A stretch of DNA of 64,000 nucleotides from assembly GCA_964016885.1 (NCBI GenBank), contig OZ024743.1, positions 289,292,001-289,356,000 of the forward strand. The letters run 5' to 3'. Shown piece by piece: positions 1 through 13,537 of the stretch; within the stretch, counting starts at the first letter, position 1; each line of letters opens with the position of its first letter. Made by a program: the position numbers and the translations under genes. A model generated the notes under the pieces. That model was not told the DNA's origin and ran no database searches. It saw nothing but the letters and a program-made list of their open reading frames with translations. This DNA comes from Eledone cirrhosa. Taxonomy: Eukaryota.

Positions 1-600
1 AACTGAGCTAAATGCCAAAAATATGCCGTAACGATACTTTAACTGTTGCGGTAATGACGTACAGTTATATTATTCTCAACTGAACGTTAAGTGAATTAGC
101 AAGACTAGATAGAAAAATAATGACTGCATTTAGAACACACAAGCCAAAAGCCGAAGCAGAAAGATTAAATTTACCCCGAAAACAGGCTAGTAAAGGTCAT
201 ATGCAATTAGAAAACTATTATAAAATATCTACTGTTGAACTACAAAAATATCTCATGAATAATAAAGGGAAACTAATTTAAATACTACTAAACAAAAATA
301 AATATTTTCTGTCTTCCTTGATGCTAATAAATCTAATAGATTAGTTAACAAACCGGTGGTAAAAGAATAGAGTAACAACTTGAGATATCATTTAAAGAAA
401 CTAACCAAAATATAATATAAAAAGGATTACAAAATGCCATTTTAAGTTGTTGACAAGAAAATCCCCAACCTGGTCAAAACATAAGGTAATATAAATTCAG
501 AGAAAAATATTCAGCTTTCGCTGACAAACGTAGACGCAAACCTGATATTGATATCGTCAAAAGATCAAAGACTTGCTACAAACCTATGATGAAATAGAAA
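1..600 (+). mobile_element. Degenerate R4/Dong-like non-LTR retrotransposon remnant (post-RT region)
   Basis: Frame from 120 reads MTAFRTHKPKAEAERLNLPRKQASKGHMQLENYYKISTVELQKYL, matching the HPKAxxERLYLPRKEGGRGL motif; a RKPDI-like endonuclease fragment lies near 535-550; the rest is disrupted. Confidence 0.55.
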
Positions 601-716
601 GGACACTATATAATTTGTTGAGGTTGTGATTAAACCACGAAGCACAACGTTCCTAACTCAGCAGACAGGATTATAGGAATAGGAATGAGATTATATAAGT
701 ACACACTACAATGCAT

Positions 717-985
717 GCATGCGCAGCAAGCAGCGTGTTGAGCCGGTGCTTATCCTGGTTTCATGGCGTGAAGCGACTGAGAGTACTAGACTCTCCCACT
801 TGACAAGACGCCAGTCCATCACAAGGTTAAATTCCCAGCTATTGATGGTACCCATTTTTAGCTGAGCAACGTGAAATGAAGTGTTTTTGCTAAAGAACAC
901 AACACGCAGCCCAGCCCAGGACTCGAACCCTCAACATTACGATCGTAAGCCCAACACCCTTACTACTAGGCTACGTGCCTTCACT
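717..985 (-). mobile_element. tRNA-derived SINE
   Basis: Minus strand has A-box-like tagcctagtagtaagg and B box gggttcgagtcct, followed by a gtgttgtgttctttagcaaaaacacttc core. Confidence 0.7.
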
Positions 986-2324
986 ACACACTACAATTGG
1001 TATCACAAAATAACAAAATGACAATACATTCAGAAATGCTGTTTCTTAAAGGCGCATATTATAAAGTTATCATCCAAAGAGTAATAATAAGAATAAAAAT
1101 ATGTCTTCTAATCAATACAAAGTAATATGTTTATATCTGGTTCTTAACCTGATCAGTGTTACCCATTTGCGGTGTTCATAACCCAGGAGAAGATGGTAAG
1201 TGTCTAGGGCGCACATTGTGGTCGATGGATGTAATTATAAGGTTTATTAGAAATAAAATATTTAGACCAAATACAATACATATATTTTAGAGACATTTTC
1301 CAAGCATCTTTGTTGGTGTTAGAAGATGAGTAGGACATTATTCTAAGTGAGCAGAAAGTGTTACAATGTTTGTGATGCTTCTTTTACATCTAAAATAATA
1401 CATTTTGTAATCAGAATAATCTTAGTTTTAAATTAGTAAATATTGTTTTGGGAATATTTAAATTTTTTACATTTTCTTTTGTATTCGAAAACAAGTTAGC
1501 CATATACTAATACATGTGTTTGATTCGTAACAAGGAAAATTGCATTTTATTTAAAGTTGAGACTGTAAATGTGATTTTGCTCTAATTGTTTTATTTACAA
1601 CAAATAATAACTATTTCTGAATTTAGTCTAAATAGGATAAAATAAGATGTTGAACTTAGGGCCGGAAATTCTACAGCAATTCATTTTGGTCGACGCTCCA
1701 ACAATTCTATCAATACAGCAGCCATATTAACGTGTACCTGTGTAGGTATAATTTCATTATGTTAGTCATCGTCTTTATTGGTAATGCTCATAAAGAAATA
1801 AAGTAGAAATTAATAGTCAAAGCAAATATCTAAACAAAGGCCCATGCTGGTTAGTATAGTATAAGAAAGTAAAAATAATAAACCACTGCACAAAATCCAC
1901 TGTATTTGATTAAAATAATCTAATGTTTTGGGGTGCTGCAAAACACGCGAAGAGCAACTTTGCAAAACATCATTTCATAAAAGAGAACGCTGAAATTCAA
2001 AAGGTAGCGGCAAATAATATAGAATGTATAGCAATAATATATTAAAGTCATGAAAATAAGCTTTCAGCTGTTTCACGAACTGTATTCCTATTTGTGAAAT
2101 TTCACAAATAGGAATTCAGTTTCAGAAATTAACCTATCAGGAGTTGAGTTTCCACAGACAAGTGTAACTTTCACGAAAATCTCAGACCAAATAAGCGTGA
2201 TACAATGCAATTATATTTGGTGTTTTAATTACAGTTACTATTCAGAGAGAAAAAGAAAAAAAAAAGAGAGAGACTATTAAACTGGTATAGCATTCATCAT
2301 CCCTATAAAGATATTAGAAAAGAT

Positions 2325-2420
2325 GACATCATCTGGATTTGAACTCAGAGCGAAAAGAGCCGGAACGATTTCCACACGTCTTTCTATCTAACGCTCTAAC
2401 GATTCTGCAATTTCACTGCC
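2325..2420 (-). mobile_element. SINE 5' fragment (family of 34717-34895)
   Basis: ggatttgaactcag (B box, reverse complement) ... ctctaacgattctgc. Confidence 0.55.
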
Positions 2421-3094
2421 CTACGTAACTACATAGATGCATACACCCATTTCTATCTCATACATCATCATTCCGCTTTCTCTCTCTCTCTCACACACAC
2501 ACACACACTCTCTCCCTCTCTCTCTAACTCTCCCTCTCTCTCTCCCTCTCTCTGCTTTCTTAATTTCTTCACGATCCATTTAAAGTTGTGTATTGGGATC
2601 CTTGGGGGTAGTTCTGGTTTCGGGCTTTAATATCTATTCGGGTATCTAATGAAAAATACACTCAAATGATGTAATGATGACGTCACTTTCATCCTCTTTC
2701 TTCTATTTAATATTTCATTCTGGAAACACAAAAGACTATGTAGCAAATGATGTTGGAAAGCGAAGGAGCACCTAAAAATGAGTAGAAAGGAAAATAGGTT
2801 TGGCTAGATTGGAAGAATTATAATGTGTTTGTGTATATGTGTTTGTTTGTAGGTGTGTGTGGTGGGGAAACGGATCTTTGGAAGATTATTGGCATTTGGA
2901 GTAGTGCCAGAAGAAGAATGTAAGGTAAGAAATAAGAGCTTAAAGGAAGTGTATCTCTATTTTCCTATATTATTTACATATATACATACATCATTCAAAT
3001 TGTATACACACGCATGTATACGCACACACGTGGATACATACACACGCGTACACACACTTTCACTTTCACTCACACACATTCATACATATACATG

Positions 3095-3127
<33 letters not shown>

Positions 3128-3143
3128 TTATACATACATACAA

Positions 3144-3222
<79 letters not shown>

Positions 3223-3899
3223 TATATAGACATATATATATATGTGTGAGAGAGAGAGCGAGTTTGTGTGTGTATATGTATGCAGGGCTATGCGGAACGT
3301 ATTTGTGTTTACAATTTGGCTGATTCATTGTAACTTAATTACCATATAGGTTTTCCCACTGAGAGCGGCCTTCAGCTAAATTAGTTATTTCATAGATGGC
3401 AGAAAAGCTTTTTCCAGCATATTCCATACTTATTGAGGCCACAATTTGCAACTCACTCTCACTAGGTGTGAGATATATACCGAATTGACCTACAACAAGT
3501 ACTTTAACTGTTTAAAATGTTGTTCGATATTTTGCTAAGTTATTACATATTTTTGAAATTTTTATAGTTGAGTGAATAGAGATCTAGAAATTTCATTTTG
3601 TCAAGAGCATCTTTGCATAAACCTTCCTAGATCCATATATATAGGACTTCAGATTTTTAGGAGATTATTGGCCTGTATCTAGAAGTGCAAATAAAGCAAT
3701 TGTCTTAAGATGCATTAAGAAAAATTGAAATTGCAATGTATACGACCATATTGATATTAATATTAAACCATGACACATTGGGAAAATCTAAAAAAAAAAT
3801 CAAATGTAGCTTGTGGTTAGAGTCTCTTTAGTGCAGTTAACATCAACATACTGCATACAATATCGATATCTCGCAAACACGTTTTTGTATCTATGTTTA

Positions 3900-5460
3900 T
3901 TTACTTGACTTTCCCCAGTATTGGTCGATTATAATTAATGTCATACTCGTTAAGACGCCGATCTCTTTCAAATGAAGGACTACGACTCTTCCACATTGGA
4001 TCCAATTTCATCCTGACAAAGCGACTCGACGATAGGCTTAGATTCGTCATTGAGGCCAACCTCTACAGAGCCGCTAACAAGATCAAATGGCTGGCTTTCA
4101 TCGTCACTTCCGAGATTACCACTTCTCCAACGACTAACTCAAAATTCTTCACCAAACACCTCGACAACTTACTCCACCCTACAGCTGCCAACCGTGATCT
4201 CAGGATTAAACTATCACGGTAAAAGATTTACTACAAAAATGTCCTTCAAAAGGACACGCATACTCACCACAACTTCTCCGGATCTCAACTCTCCACCTAA
4301 GAAATATAAGATCTCAGAACTTCGGTTACCTTCACTTAGACAAGTGAAAAGAGTTTACCAGAGTGGCTTACAACGACTTGGCCTATATACATCGGCACCA
4401 ACACCCCTGTCTGTGAACATACTCACTGAATGTGTCTGTTCTAGCGACTTGGACTACTTTGGCCTCACCACGATCGACATCCACCAGCTCCTATCTATCG
4501 TTATCAACAACGCCTTTTTCATTTTCCTGGGCCACACCTACCCATAAGATCCAACCTATCGGTTTACTGGCCATATCATACATGAAAAAACTTGACCTCC
4601 GAGTACTCAGCTCCTGCAACACCTGAGCTTTCTTCGCTACATAAGTGGGACATATACTCATCATTACATCCTGTGAGAAGGCCAAAAAGCTATTCGAGTC
4701 TTTCAATAACGCTAACAGAAACATTATATTCGGCGTGGAGCATCCCTCCGACTCTGGGTCCTTCACCCTGCTCGAATTCTGACTGAACATCACTGAAAGC
4801 GCGGAAATCCACACTGATTTCTTCTGCAAAGCGGCCAGCAAGGAAATTTTCTTCCATTACAAATCTTCCCTCCCCACCAGAGGGTACATTTCTAATGAAA
4901 TTGCTCACATACTCAACAGATGCAGCGACGCCACCCTTATCAGACGGTTCCACAGAGTGTTAGAAACCAATGGCTACCAAACTTCCTTCTCCACTCCACG
5001 ACGAGACCCCAGACGAAACCGGACAAACACAGACAATAGTTGCTTCCCCAAGATCCCACACCTCAGGGAAGAGACAACCAACCCCATACGCATAGCCGTC
5101 AGGGAAGAGACCTCAATATCAGACAGGCTCATTTGGGGCCTTCCCTGTGGAGATGCCTATCCACAAGACAATCCCCCAACGAGAATAACAGATGCACCCT
5201 ATCCAATTGCCCTACAGGCAACGCCAAATGTTGCCTACGTGCCTACGTGGTATACAGGTTTGAATGCGACAACTGTAGCCAATTCTACATTTGCAGCACT
5301 ATTCGAACCTTACACCTCCGAATTAAAGAGTACATCAAAACCAACTCCTCTGCCATCCGCAAACACATCATCAAATGCGGAAAGGGACAGTAAAACAACC
5401 ACCACGATCCTAGCTGTCCTGTCTAAAGAACGTTCGTTTCCTAACCTAGTTTGACACGAC
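3900..5460 (+). mobile_element. Penelope-like element remnant (RT + GIY-YIG, frameshifted)
   Basis: ORF 4050-4547 ends IDIHQLLSIVINNAFFIFLGHTY (PLE RT-like); ORF 5040-5393 contains CCLRAYVVYRFECDNCSQFYICSTIRTLHLRIKEY...SAIRKH (GIY-YIG). Confidence 0.8.
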
Positions 5461-5862
5461 TAAAGCTTACACCAGGCAAATTCCTTATTGGTTTTGAGTG
5501 GTCAGCTAGCAGACCCAAAAAAGAAAAACGATTCAGACCAAGTAAGCTCGCACACGTTTATTCCGTTGCCTCCTAAAAATCTGTTCTTCGCTACACATAC
5601 CCACACACCCACGCACACATATATCACACACATGCTCATACACGTTCTTCTTACATGTGCAAACAGCATTAAATTCTAATTTTTTTTTTTATTCAAAAGA
5701 AACCGAACAGCCACCCATGACATTTTTCAGGTTTCTCTCTGAGGTCCCACCTTCAAAATATAGAATGTTTCTCAATAAGACTCATATAACTTAATTTGAT
5801 GGAAAGTTCCGTGTTTGTACAATGATCTAAAATTAAGCACTTTCCAAGTGAGGATGAAAGGC

Positions 5863-6195
5863 AACGCTAACCTCGGCGGAATCTAAACTCAGAAAGTATA
5901 CGGCTGTAATTCTATATCACCAAGCATGGTGTTGGACGCTCTACCGATATTGCCAATCGGGTAATAATAATAATAATAATAAGGGTTTCTTATATAGACA
6001 CAAGGCTAACAATTCGGGGGGAGGGGACACTCGATTAAATCGCCACTAGTGCATTACTGGTGCTTTATTTCAAAGACTACGTAAGGATGAAAAGCAAAGC
6101 TAACCTCGACAGGATTTGAAATCAGATCGTAAAGGTATGTAATTATATGCCGCGGCGCTTATTGTTAGATATTCTACCGATACTGCCAATCCACC
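5863..6195 (-). mobile_element. Two adjacent SINE copies (family of 34717-34895)
   Basis: Both carry ggatgaaa(g/a)gcaa.gctaacctcg.c.gga.t.gaa.tcaga...ctaccgata.tgccaatc and are bordered by (AAT)n. Confidence 0.7.
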
Positions 6196-6364
6196 ATATA
6201 ATAATAATAATAATACTTCACTTTAGCTTTGTATATGAATTAGTTAATGCATTATTTCATAATTCTTTTTCTTTAAATTTGTACGCATAGACGGGTAACA
6301 AATGAACACACATCCACACACAAACACACACATTTACCCCAACCCCAACACACACACACATGTT

Positions 6365-6451
<87 letters not shown>

Positions 6452-6476
6452 GGAGAGTGAGAGAGAGAGAGAGAAG

Positions 6477-6509
<33 letters not shown>

Positions 6510-6924
6510 TTTAAGGAAGGGATAATAATAAATAGAGTTTGTGATGTATAGGCAAACATCTGAGCATAACTGGCGATTAGATATTAATCGCCATCATGAA
6601 AACTGATTACTTTACTGTTAAATGCATTGTCAAGGCGTTCACTCAGTGGGAAAACTGCTCCAATAAAAGACTATGTTGATTCGCTATGAAAGGTATAAAT
6701 ATTAGGCGTTTGAACAATCAACCCTAACAGTAAAAATATTGTTTCAAATTTAGAATTCAGGTAGCATACAGGGCGGGGTATACTCCTACTCGTAAAAACA
6801 CCCACACATATACATAACATTTACTCGCCAACCTCTGTATTTATATCTATCTATCTATCTATCTATTTTTCTGTATATACATATATATATATGTATGTGT
6901 GTGTGTATATATATATATATATAT

Positions 6925-7358
6925 AAAATAAAGTAAAATAAAAAGTCAAATGTTTAAAATTTAGCTTCGTTTATTACTGCTATATATATTTCGGTGACAG
7001 CCATCTTTGGCTGTGACCTCTTCAGGCAGTCCGAATTAGTGTGGTATAGACAAGTACATTGTTGAGGTGTATAATTTTGTCAATACTCTGATATGCCCAG
7101 AGTATTGACAAAATTATACACCTCAACAACATATGTACTTGTCTATACCACACTAATTCGGACTGCCTGAAGAGGTCACAGCCAAAGATGGCTGTCACCG
7201 AAATATATATAGCAGTAATAAACGAAGCTAAATTTTAAACATTTGACTTTTTATTTTACTTTATTTTACATTACTCCGGAGTAACCAAACCAACCTGCGC
7301 ATTTCGTCGAGTGCTCCAGCCTGCATACTGAGGTGTTGGTATACAACCAACATATACT

Positions 7359-7361
<3 letters not shown>
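6925..7361. mobile_element. Fold-back HHR element in (TA)n: inverted arms 6925-7090 / 7098-7268 plus tail to ~7361
   Basis: Near-perfect ~165 bp inverted repeat with 7-nt loop atatgcc; (TA)n on both sides. Confidence 0.85.
7162..7216 (+). ncRNA. Type I minimal hammerhead ribozyme (mirror copy on minus strand 6976-7030)
   Basis: actgc-CTGAAGA-ggtcacagcca aaga tggctgtcacc-GAAA-tatata-TA-gcagt: stem I actgc/gcagt, intact core, long stem II, palindromic stem III; AATAAA follows. Confidence 0.85.
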
Positions 7362-7394
<33 letters not shown>

Positions 7395-7610
7395 GAACTG
7401 TTTCTTTCTTTATTCATTATTTTTATTAATTTATATATATATATATATATATTAAAGTGTTAAACAATATTCAATGATTATGTCAAAGAATGAGTTTTAC
7501 AGTATATTGGAAGCACTCTACGGCAAAAAATAATTTTCAGGAGTTATTAATATTAAAATATAAATATTAATAAAATAGATGTTCTTTTGATCAATTAATA
7601 TATATATATA

Positions 7611-7735
7611 GGGTTCAGTGGTAGAATGCTCGCCTGCCATGTGGGCTGCCTGGGTTCGTTTCTCGGTCGATACAATATTTGCAATAGGGCCACAGCATGG
7701 CCTCAAACGGATGCCTGGAACAGGTAAAAGAGTAT
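7611..7735 (+). mobile_element. tRNA-Gly(GCC)-derived short SINE / tRNA pseudogene with (TACA)n tail
   Basis: ggttcagtggtagaatgctcgcctGCCatgtgggctgcctgggttcg closely resembles tRNA-Gly-GCC; followed by cagcatggcc...aacaggtaaaagag and (TACA)n. Confidence 0.65.
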
Positions 7736-8068
7736 ATACATACATACATACATACATACATACATACATACATACATACATACATACATACATACGTACT
7801 TACATACATACATACATATTTTGCATCTAATAACTGCATATACACATGTACAGATACAAAGCATATACACATGCACACATACAACTCAAAACATACACAT
7901 GCATGCAGACATAAATACATATGTACCTAGTTGATGTTGTGTAAATTCCAATGAGAGAGTCTTGTGTCTATGTTAGAAACCGACTCTTTCTCTATTGGTA
8001 AAACTTTATAAAACCAGAAGAACATACATACATACATACATACATACATACATACATACATACATACA

Positions 8069-8100
<32 letters not shown>

Positions 8101-8102
<2 letters not shown>

Positions 8103-8315
8103 AGCAGAAGGGATATTCAATATGTTGGTAATTCAACAAATATAAATGTTTATAACTAACTTTCCAGGGATAACTTGAACCGTTAAGGTATATTATCCTT
8201 GGTTATGTCAAAATTTATAAAACACAATTCGTATTTTTGGTACTCTTGAAATATATATAATAGAATAAATATGGTTTTTTATAAATATTTTATAAATATT
8301 TATTTAATATCATAG
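8101..8315. mobile_element. Degenerate copy of the 12563-12962 HHR element family
   Basis: Inverted tail (aagggatattcaat...ttggtaattcaacaaatataaatgtttataac) plus body with the HHR 5' core deleted. Confidence 0.65.
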
Positions 8316-8337
8316 TATATATATATATATATATATA

Positions 8338-9066
8338 TTTATTAAAATAACAGATTAAAGTTTAAGCAAAGAATCGCTGCTTTCACCCTTAACGGGATCT
8401 TCTGAAACTAACAAAGTTAATCTGTAAACGCAGAACTGGATATTTCAAAAAACGTTGCAACCGGAGGAAGACAGGAAGACGATACTTTGGTTCGTGGAAA
8501 CGTTCGTTGTATTTATTTACTTTGTTCTTAACTCTGTAGCGGAGATTCATTTGGTCTCCTAGTTAGAATTTTAGTCTACGACTTCTGCTATACCATTTAC
8601 GTAATTTTGTCTTTGCGTGCTATTGTTCTCCACGCTCCACATATGACGTATTATCTTCGTTTTTTCGTTCATTGCCAGAGAACGTCTCTATGCACCACCT
8701 AACGACCTCTTTTATACCATAAACGTGGTTCTGTCTTTGCGCGTAAATGTTTTTCACCGCTCCTATTAATGACGTATTATTTTTTGTTTTTTCCCGTTCT
8801 TCTCCAGCGAACGTTTCCACGAACCAAAGTATCGTCTTCCTGTCTTCCTCCGGTTGCAACGTTTTTTGAAATATCCAGTTCTGCGTTTACAGATTGACTT
8901 TGTTAGTTTCAGAAGATCCCGTTAAGGGTGAAAACAGCGATTCTTTGCTTAAACTTTAATCTGTTATTTTAATAAATATTTGCTCTACGGTTCTTATATA
9001 TTTGATATATATTTATCCTTATCGAGCCCTCTTTGGATTTTAGTCTTCTAATTTATTATTATTACT
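8338..9066. mobile_element. Fold-back element in (TA)n: arms 8338-8506 / 8808-8976 plus tail (other fragments 43166-43222, 49100-49195)
   Basis: ~170 bp near-perfect inverted repeat; tail contains tcgagccctc; HHR-like cagaaga-tcccgttaagggt-gaaa is non-canonical. Confidence 0.75.
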
Positions 9067-9232
9067 ATATATATATATGTATATATATATACTTCCATAT
9101 AGATTCATATATATATATATGTATATGTATCTGTATATATATAGAGAGATAGATAGATATAGATATAGATATATATAATATTAATATATAATGGAACAAC
9201 GAATCAGTGTTGCATCATATGCATATTTAGTT

Positions 9233-9284
9233 ACATATTACATATGTTTCACTGTCGATCAGCTCGGAGGCTCATCAGATATGT
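9233..9284 (-). ncRNA. Hammerhead ribozyme with eroded stem II (within element ~9175-9665)
   Basis: Minus strand acatat-CTGATGA-gcctccgagctgatcgacagt-GAAA-catatg-TA-atatgt. Confidence 0.65.
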
Positions 9285-9667
9285 GTTAACACATATTTAA
9301 GGAACTTCCGATTCCAGAGTCAGGTTTGATCATTAATAGATCGTTCCTTGAGCTGATCAAAACTGATTCTTTGTTCCCTTATATATTAATACTATTGATA
9401 CTCTGATCCCAAAGAGCATCGAGTGCTCATTCGGCATACTGCCTACGGATGCAATTAATTTGCACGGATTATCTGTTACAAACACAATTTTCAGGGCTAA
9501 ACAGATTACATCTCTTATCTGCCCGGGAGTTGAATAGTTATTGAAACGGTTATAACTTTTTGTTTTTATCCTGTATTTTCCGTTTGTTTCAGTTTAAATC
9601 TGTCAAACCAACGTGGTCTTTCAACCTTCGTAATTTTAAACACACAATTTACTGTGTTTATTTCTAC

Positions 9668-9725
<58 letters not shown>

Positions 9726-9759
9726 AACGAATGGTTAGTCCTTTCTTACGTTTATTGGT

Positions 9760-9846
9760 AGGCGACGCGCGTTTCACTTCTGATCAGCTCAAGGTTCGAT
9801 CTGTATCGATCTGGCCCGACTCTGGAATCAAAAGCTCGTTGGGCCT
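9760..9846 (-). ncRNA. Degenerate hammerhead with extended stem II
   Basis: Minus strand aggc-ccaacga(mutated core)-gcttttgat...atcagaagt-GAAA-cgcgcg-TC-gcct, then aataaa; stem II sequence shared with 9305-9360. Confidence 0.5.
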
Positions 9847-9865
9847 CTGTACCAGTAATGACAGA

Positions 9866-9891
<26 letters not shown>

Positions 9892-9896
<5 letters not shown>

Positions 9897-10635
9897 AATG
9901 TATAATAAACGATACAATATAATTACCTCATTACCAGAAGTTTCCCGAATAAGACGAATACGAAAAACGTCATCATTCGTTCATCGGACAAGGCAATTTA
10001 AAACATAATGAATTATTTGAAAATCTCCTCAAGAAAGGCAAGAGTTTAATGGGCAACACTCTTTTTGACTAATACACTCCCTTCCCTTTTTATCTTCCGC
10101 ATATAAATGATCGCGCGTGTGTGTTTATACGCGTGCTTTCATACTTGTATGTGTATATATTAAATACCTAAATCTGGATGTATATTATTTTTCAACTTAT
10201 ATTATATACGTATTGGTCACACATTCACTATTATGCTTGCCCTCATATACGCACTTACACACACACACATTTTCACTATACACATGCATTTGTACATACA
10301 CACATATGTACATTTGTGAGTGAATATAAACATATTTATACACATACCCTAACTATATTTCCTTATTTTTTTTATACATCTCTTACTTTGTTTTTTTTGC
10401 CCGTTAAACTCTTGCCTTTCTTGAGGAGATTTTTCGAATATTTCACTATGTTTTAAATTGCCTTGTCCGATGAACGAATGAGGACGTTTTTCGTATTCGT
10501 CTTATTCGGGAAACCTCTGGTAATGAGGTAATTATATTGTATTGTTTATTATACATTAAATTTAGCTCTGACATTTACATAGAGCACTCTTCACTCCTAC
10601 GACTTTTTCAATTTTCAATGGAAACTTCAATACTT
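9892..10635. mobile_element. Fold-back HHR element in (TA)n: arms 9892-10056 / 10397-10562 plus tail
   Basis: ~165 bp inverted repeat; HHR-like gccttgt-CCGATGA-...-GAAA-cctctgg-TA-atgaggt at 10460-10529 (mirror 9925-9994); tail has tagagcactc. Confidence 0.75.
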
Positions 10636-11755
10636 ATATATATATATATAGATGTGTGTGTATGTATATATATATATATAAATATATATATATATACATA
10701 TGTATGTATGTATATATATTTAACTTCGGTCTTCATACACGCTTACACATATCATACAGTAGTGTTTATATCTCATTTCGTTGCATGTAACCACCATTAA
10801 CTTTCAACTGTTGAGAGCTATACCATTTCTTCATGTCGTCATTTGAAAGTACGAACATGGTGACCTAAATAAATTTTATGGTTTTCCTGCAAGTAAACTT
10901 CCTGCAGAGTTTATTTATAAGGGAAAACTCTTGCATAACAGTTCTTCTCACTTCGGCGTCAGAGGATGAGATCTTCGTGTAAATTGTTAGGTTCATTGAG
11001 TTGATAACTCTATAGCCAAAAGAGATCAGATGGTAGTGTATGCCAATACTTTGAGGAAAATATAGCCTTTGGCCTTTATTGATATATAATGTTTTATGAA
11101 AATCCATTGGTCTTATAGGGATGATTTTCTGCAACGATTCTGTATTCTAGTAGTTGCAAGAGTATCGTTAGGTTAGGGGTTCTTTTCCACGTGACTCTTA
11201 CATTATAATATAAATTCAGTTATGCAGATTCACCATCGCTCTCGATCAATGAGAATATGGATGTCTTTTACCAACTCACACATTTTCCTACAGGTTGATT
11301 AATTTCGTGTACATAAATCAGTTGAAGAGTAGAAACCATCAGTCGCTTCGTAATATACACTGATGTACACACTCAAGATATGAACTCACGTCCCATGTAC
11401 TGATAATTCAGTAATTTATTCACTCGGTTATAAAACAACATATAGTAAAAATTTCTTCGATGTGCCCAAAGATATCAGTCTTGATCTCTCAGAATAATTT
11501 AACATTTTAATTAACGAGCAGCGAAGTCAATCGGGGATTAATCCAGAATTTTAAAATCTAGCTATATATTACGTCTCTTATTATATCTACGGTGCTGATG
11601 TATGGCGCGTATTTTACAAGTAGCGACCAACCGCAGAGAGATAAAGAGAGAGAGAGTGAAGAAAGAAAACCAATGCTAGACAGATGTTTACCCATAAACA
11701 TATACTTACAAATGCATATATATATAATATAATATAAAATAATATAATGTAATGT

Positions 11756-11869
<114 letters not shown>

Positions 11870-11877
11870 AAATACAA

Positions 11878-11941
<64 letters not shown>

Positions 11942-12290
11942 GTATATATTAGTTACAAAAGTTATCAGATCATTACGTATCACGAGAATCCACCGCAGCT
12001 CAACTCGCATATTCAGAAGTCTCGAGAGAATGAGGAATGTTGCGCTATGACTTGTGATGATAACTTATGGCCTTATTCTACTTATTGGAAGTCAACACTC
12101 AACATATATGCATAGCTACCTATCTTTCTACATCCCGCCATCCATACATACATACATATATAAATAAATACATACATATCGTCTTGCACCTCCCACAAGA
12201 CCATAATGATGATATTACCTGCAGGTTTATGCATGTATATATATATATATATATAAATACATACATGTATATATATATATATATATAAAT

Positions 12291-12356
<66 letters not shown>

Positions 12357-12522
12357 TATATATATTTATATAATATATATATATATATATTTATATAATA
12401 TATATATATATATATTTATATAATATATATATATATATATTTATATAATATATATATATATATTTATATAATATATATATATATATATTTATATAATATA
12501 TATATATATATTTATATAATAT

Positions 12523-12556
<34 letters not shown>

Positions 12557-12562
12557 CATATA

Positions 12563-12962
12563 CAATGATATTTAATAAATGGAAACTATATTTATAAAAC
12601 CATATTTATTCTATTATATATATTTCAAGGGTACCAAAACTTTGGTACGCTTTCATCAGATAAAATACAAAGTTTGTTTTATAAATTTTGACATAACCAA
12701 GAAAAGATACCTTCCCGGTTCAAGTTTTTCTTGGATTTTCACTATCCAAGACAAACTTTGTATTTTATCTGATGAAAGCGTACCAAAGTTTTGGTACCTT
12801 TGAAATATATATAACAGAATAAATATGGTTTTATAAATATAGTTTCCATTTATTAAATATCATTGAATATTATACTCCAGAAAACTTGTCGAGTGCTCTG
12901 AATCAGTTATAAACATTTATATTTGTTGAATTACCAACACAAATTGAATATCCCTTTTGCTT
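12563..12962. mobile_element. Fold-back HHR element in (TA)n: arms 12563-12678 / 12751-12865 plus tail
   Basis: ~115 bp inverted repeat; tail has tcgagtgctc at 12889-12898. Confidence 0.85.
12607..12667 (-). ncRNA. Type I minimal hammerhead ribozyme (mirror copy on plus strand 12761-12821)
   Basis: tattttat-CTGATGA-aagcgtaccaaagttttggtaccctt-GAAA-tatata-TA-atagaata: 8-bp stem I, intact core. Confidence 0.85.
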
Positions 12963-13079
12963 ATATATATATACATATATATATACATATATATATATAT
13001 ATGTATATATGGTCTTTAAAGCGAAGAAATACCGATGATGGTTGGAAGATCACTGATGAAGGACCACTTTATTCATATC

Positions 13080-13120
<41 letters not shown>

Positions 13121-13136
13121 CTCTCTCTATATATAT

Positions 13137-13200
<64 letters not shown>

Positions 13201-13201
13201 G

Positions 13202-13232
<31 letters not shown>

Positions 13233-13462
13233 GTGTATGTGTATGTATATATATATATATGTGTGTGTGTGTGTATATATATATATATGTATATATATAT
13301 ATGTGTCTGTGTGCGTGTATGTATGTATATATATATATATATGTGTGTGTGTGTATATATAAATAAACCTGTTGTCTGCAATGCATGTACATTATAGTGA
13401 ATAATTTTAGATATGAGGTAAAATTACAGAAACATGAGAAAATGACTGAATGCGTGCATACT

Positions 13463-13537
<75 letters not shown>

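Noticed and set aside
2084-2115. 32-bp perfect palindrome attcctatttgtgaaatttcacaaataggaat
   Set aside because: Real but isolated, with no element context or function that I can support
7611-7675. Functional tRNA-Gly gene
   Set aside because: 5' acceptor strand is missing, the T arm is mutated and it is fused to a SINE-like tail
8905-8945. Canonical hammerhead in the 8338 family
   Set aside because: Core is CAGAAGA in three copies and no convincing stem I, stem III or UH triplet is present
13062-13075. Isolated ctgatga/ccgatga words (also ~19762, 31926, 33970)
   Set aside because: No complete stem I/II/III plus GAAA arrangement
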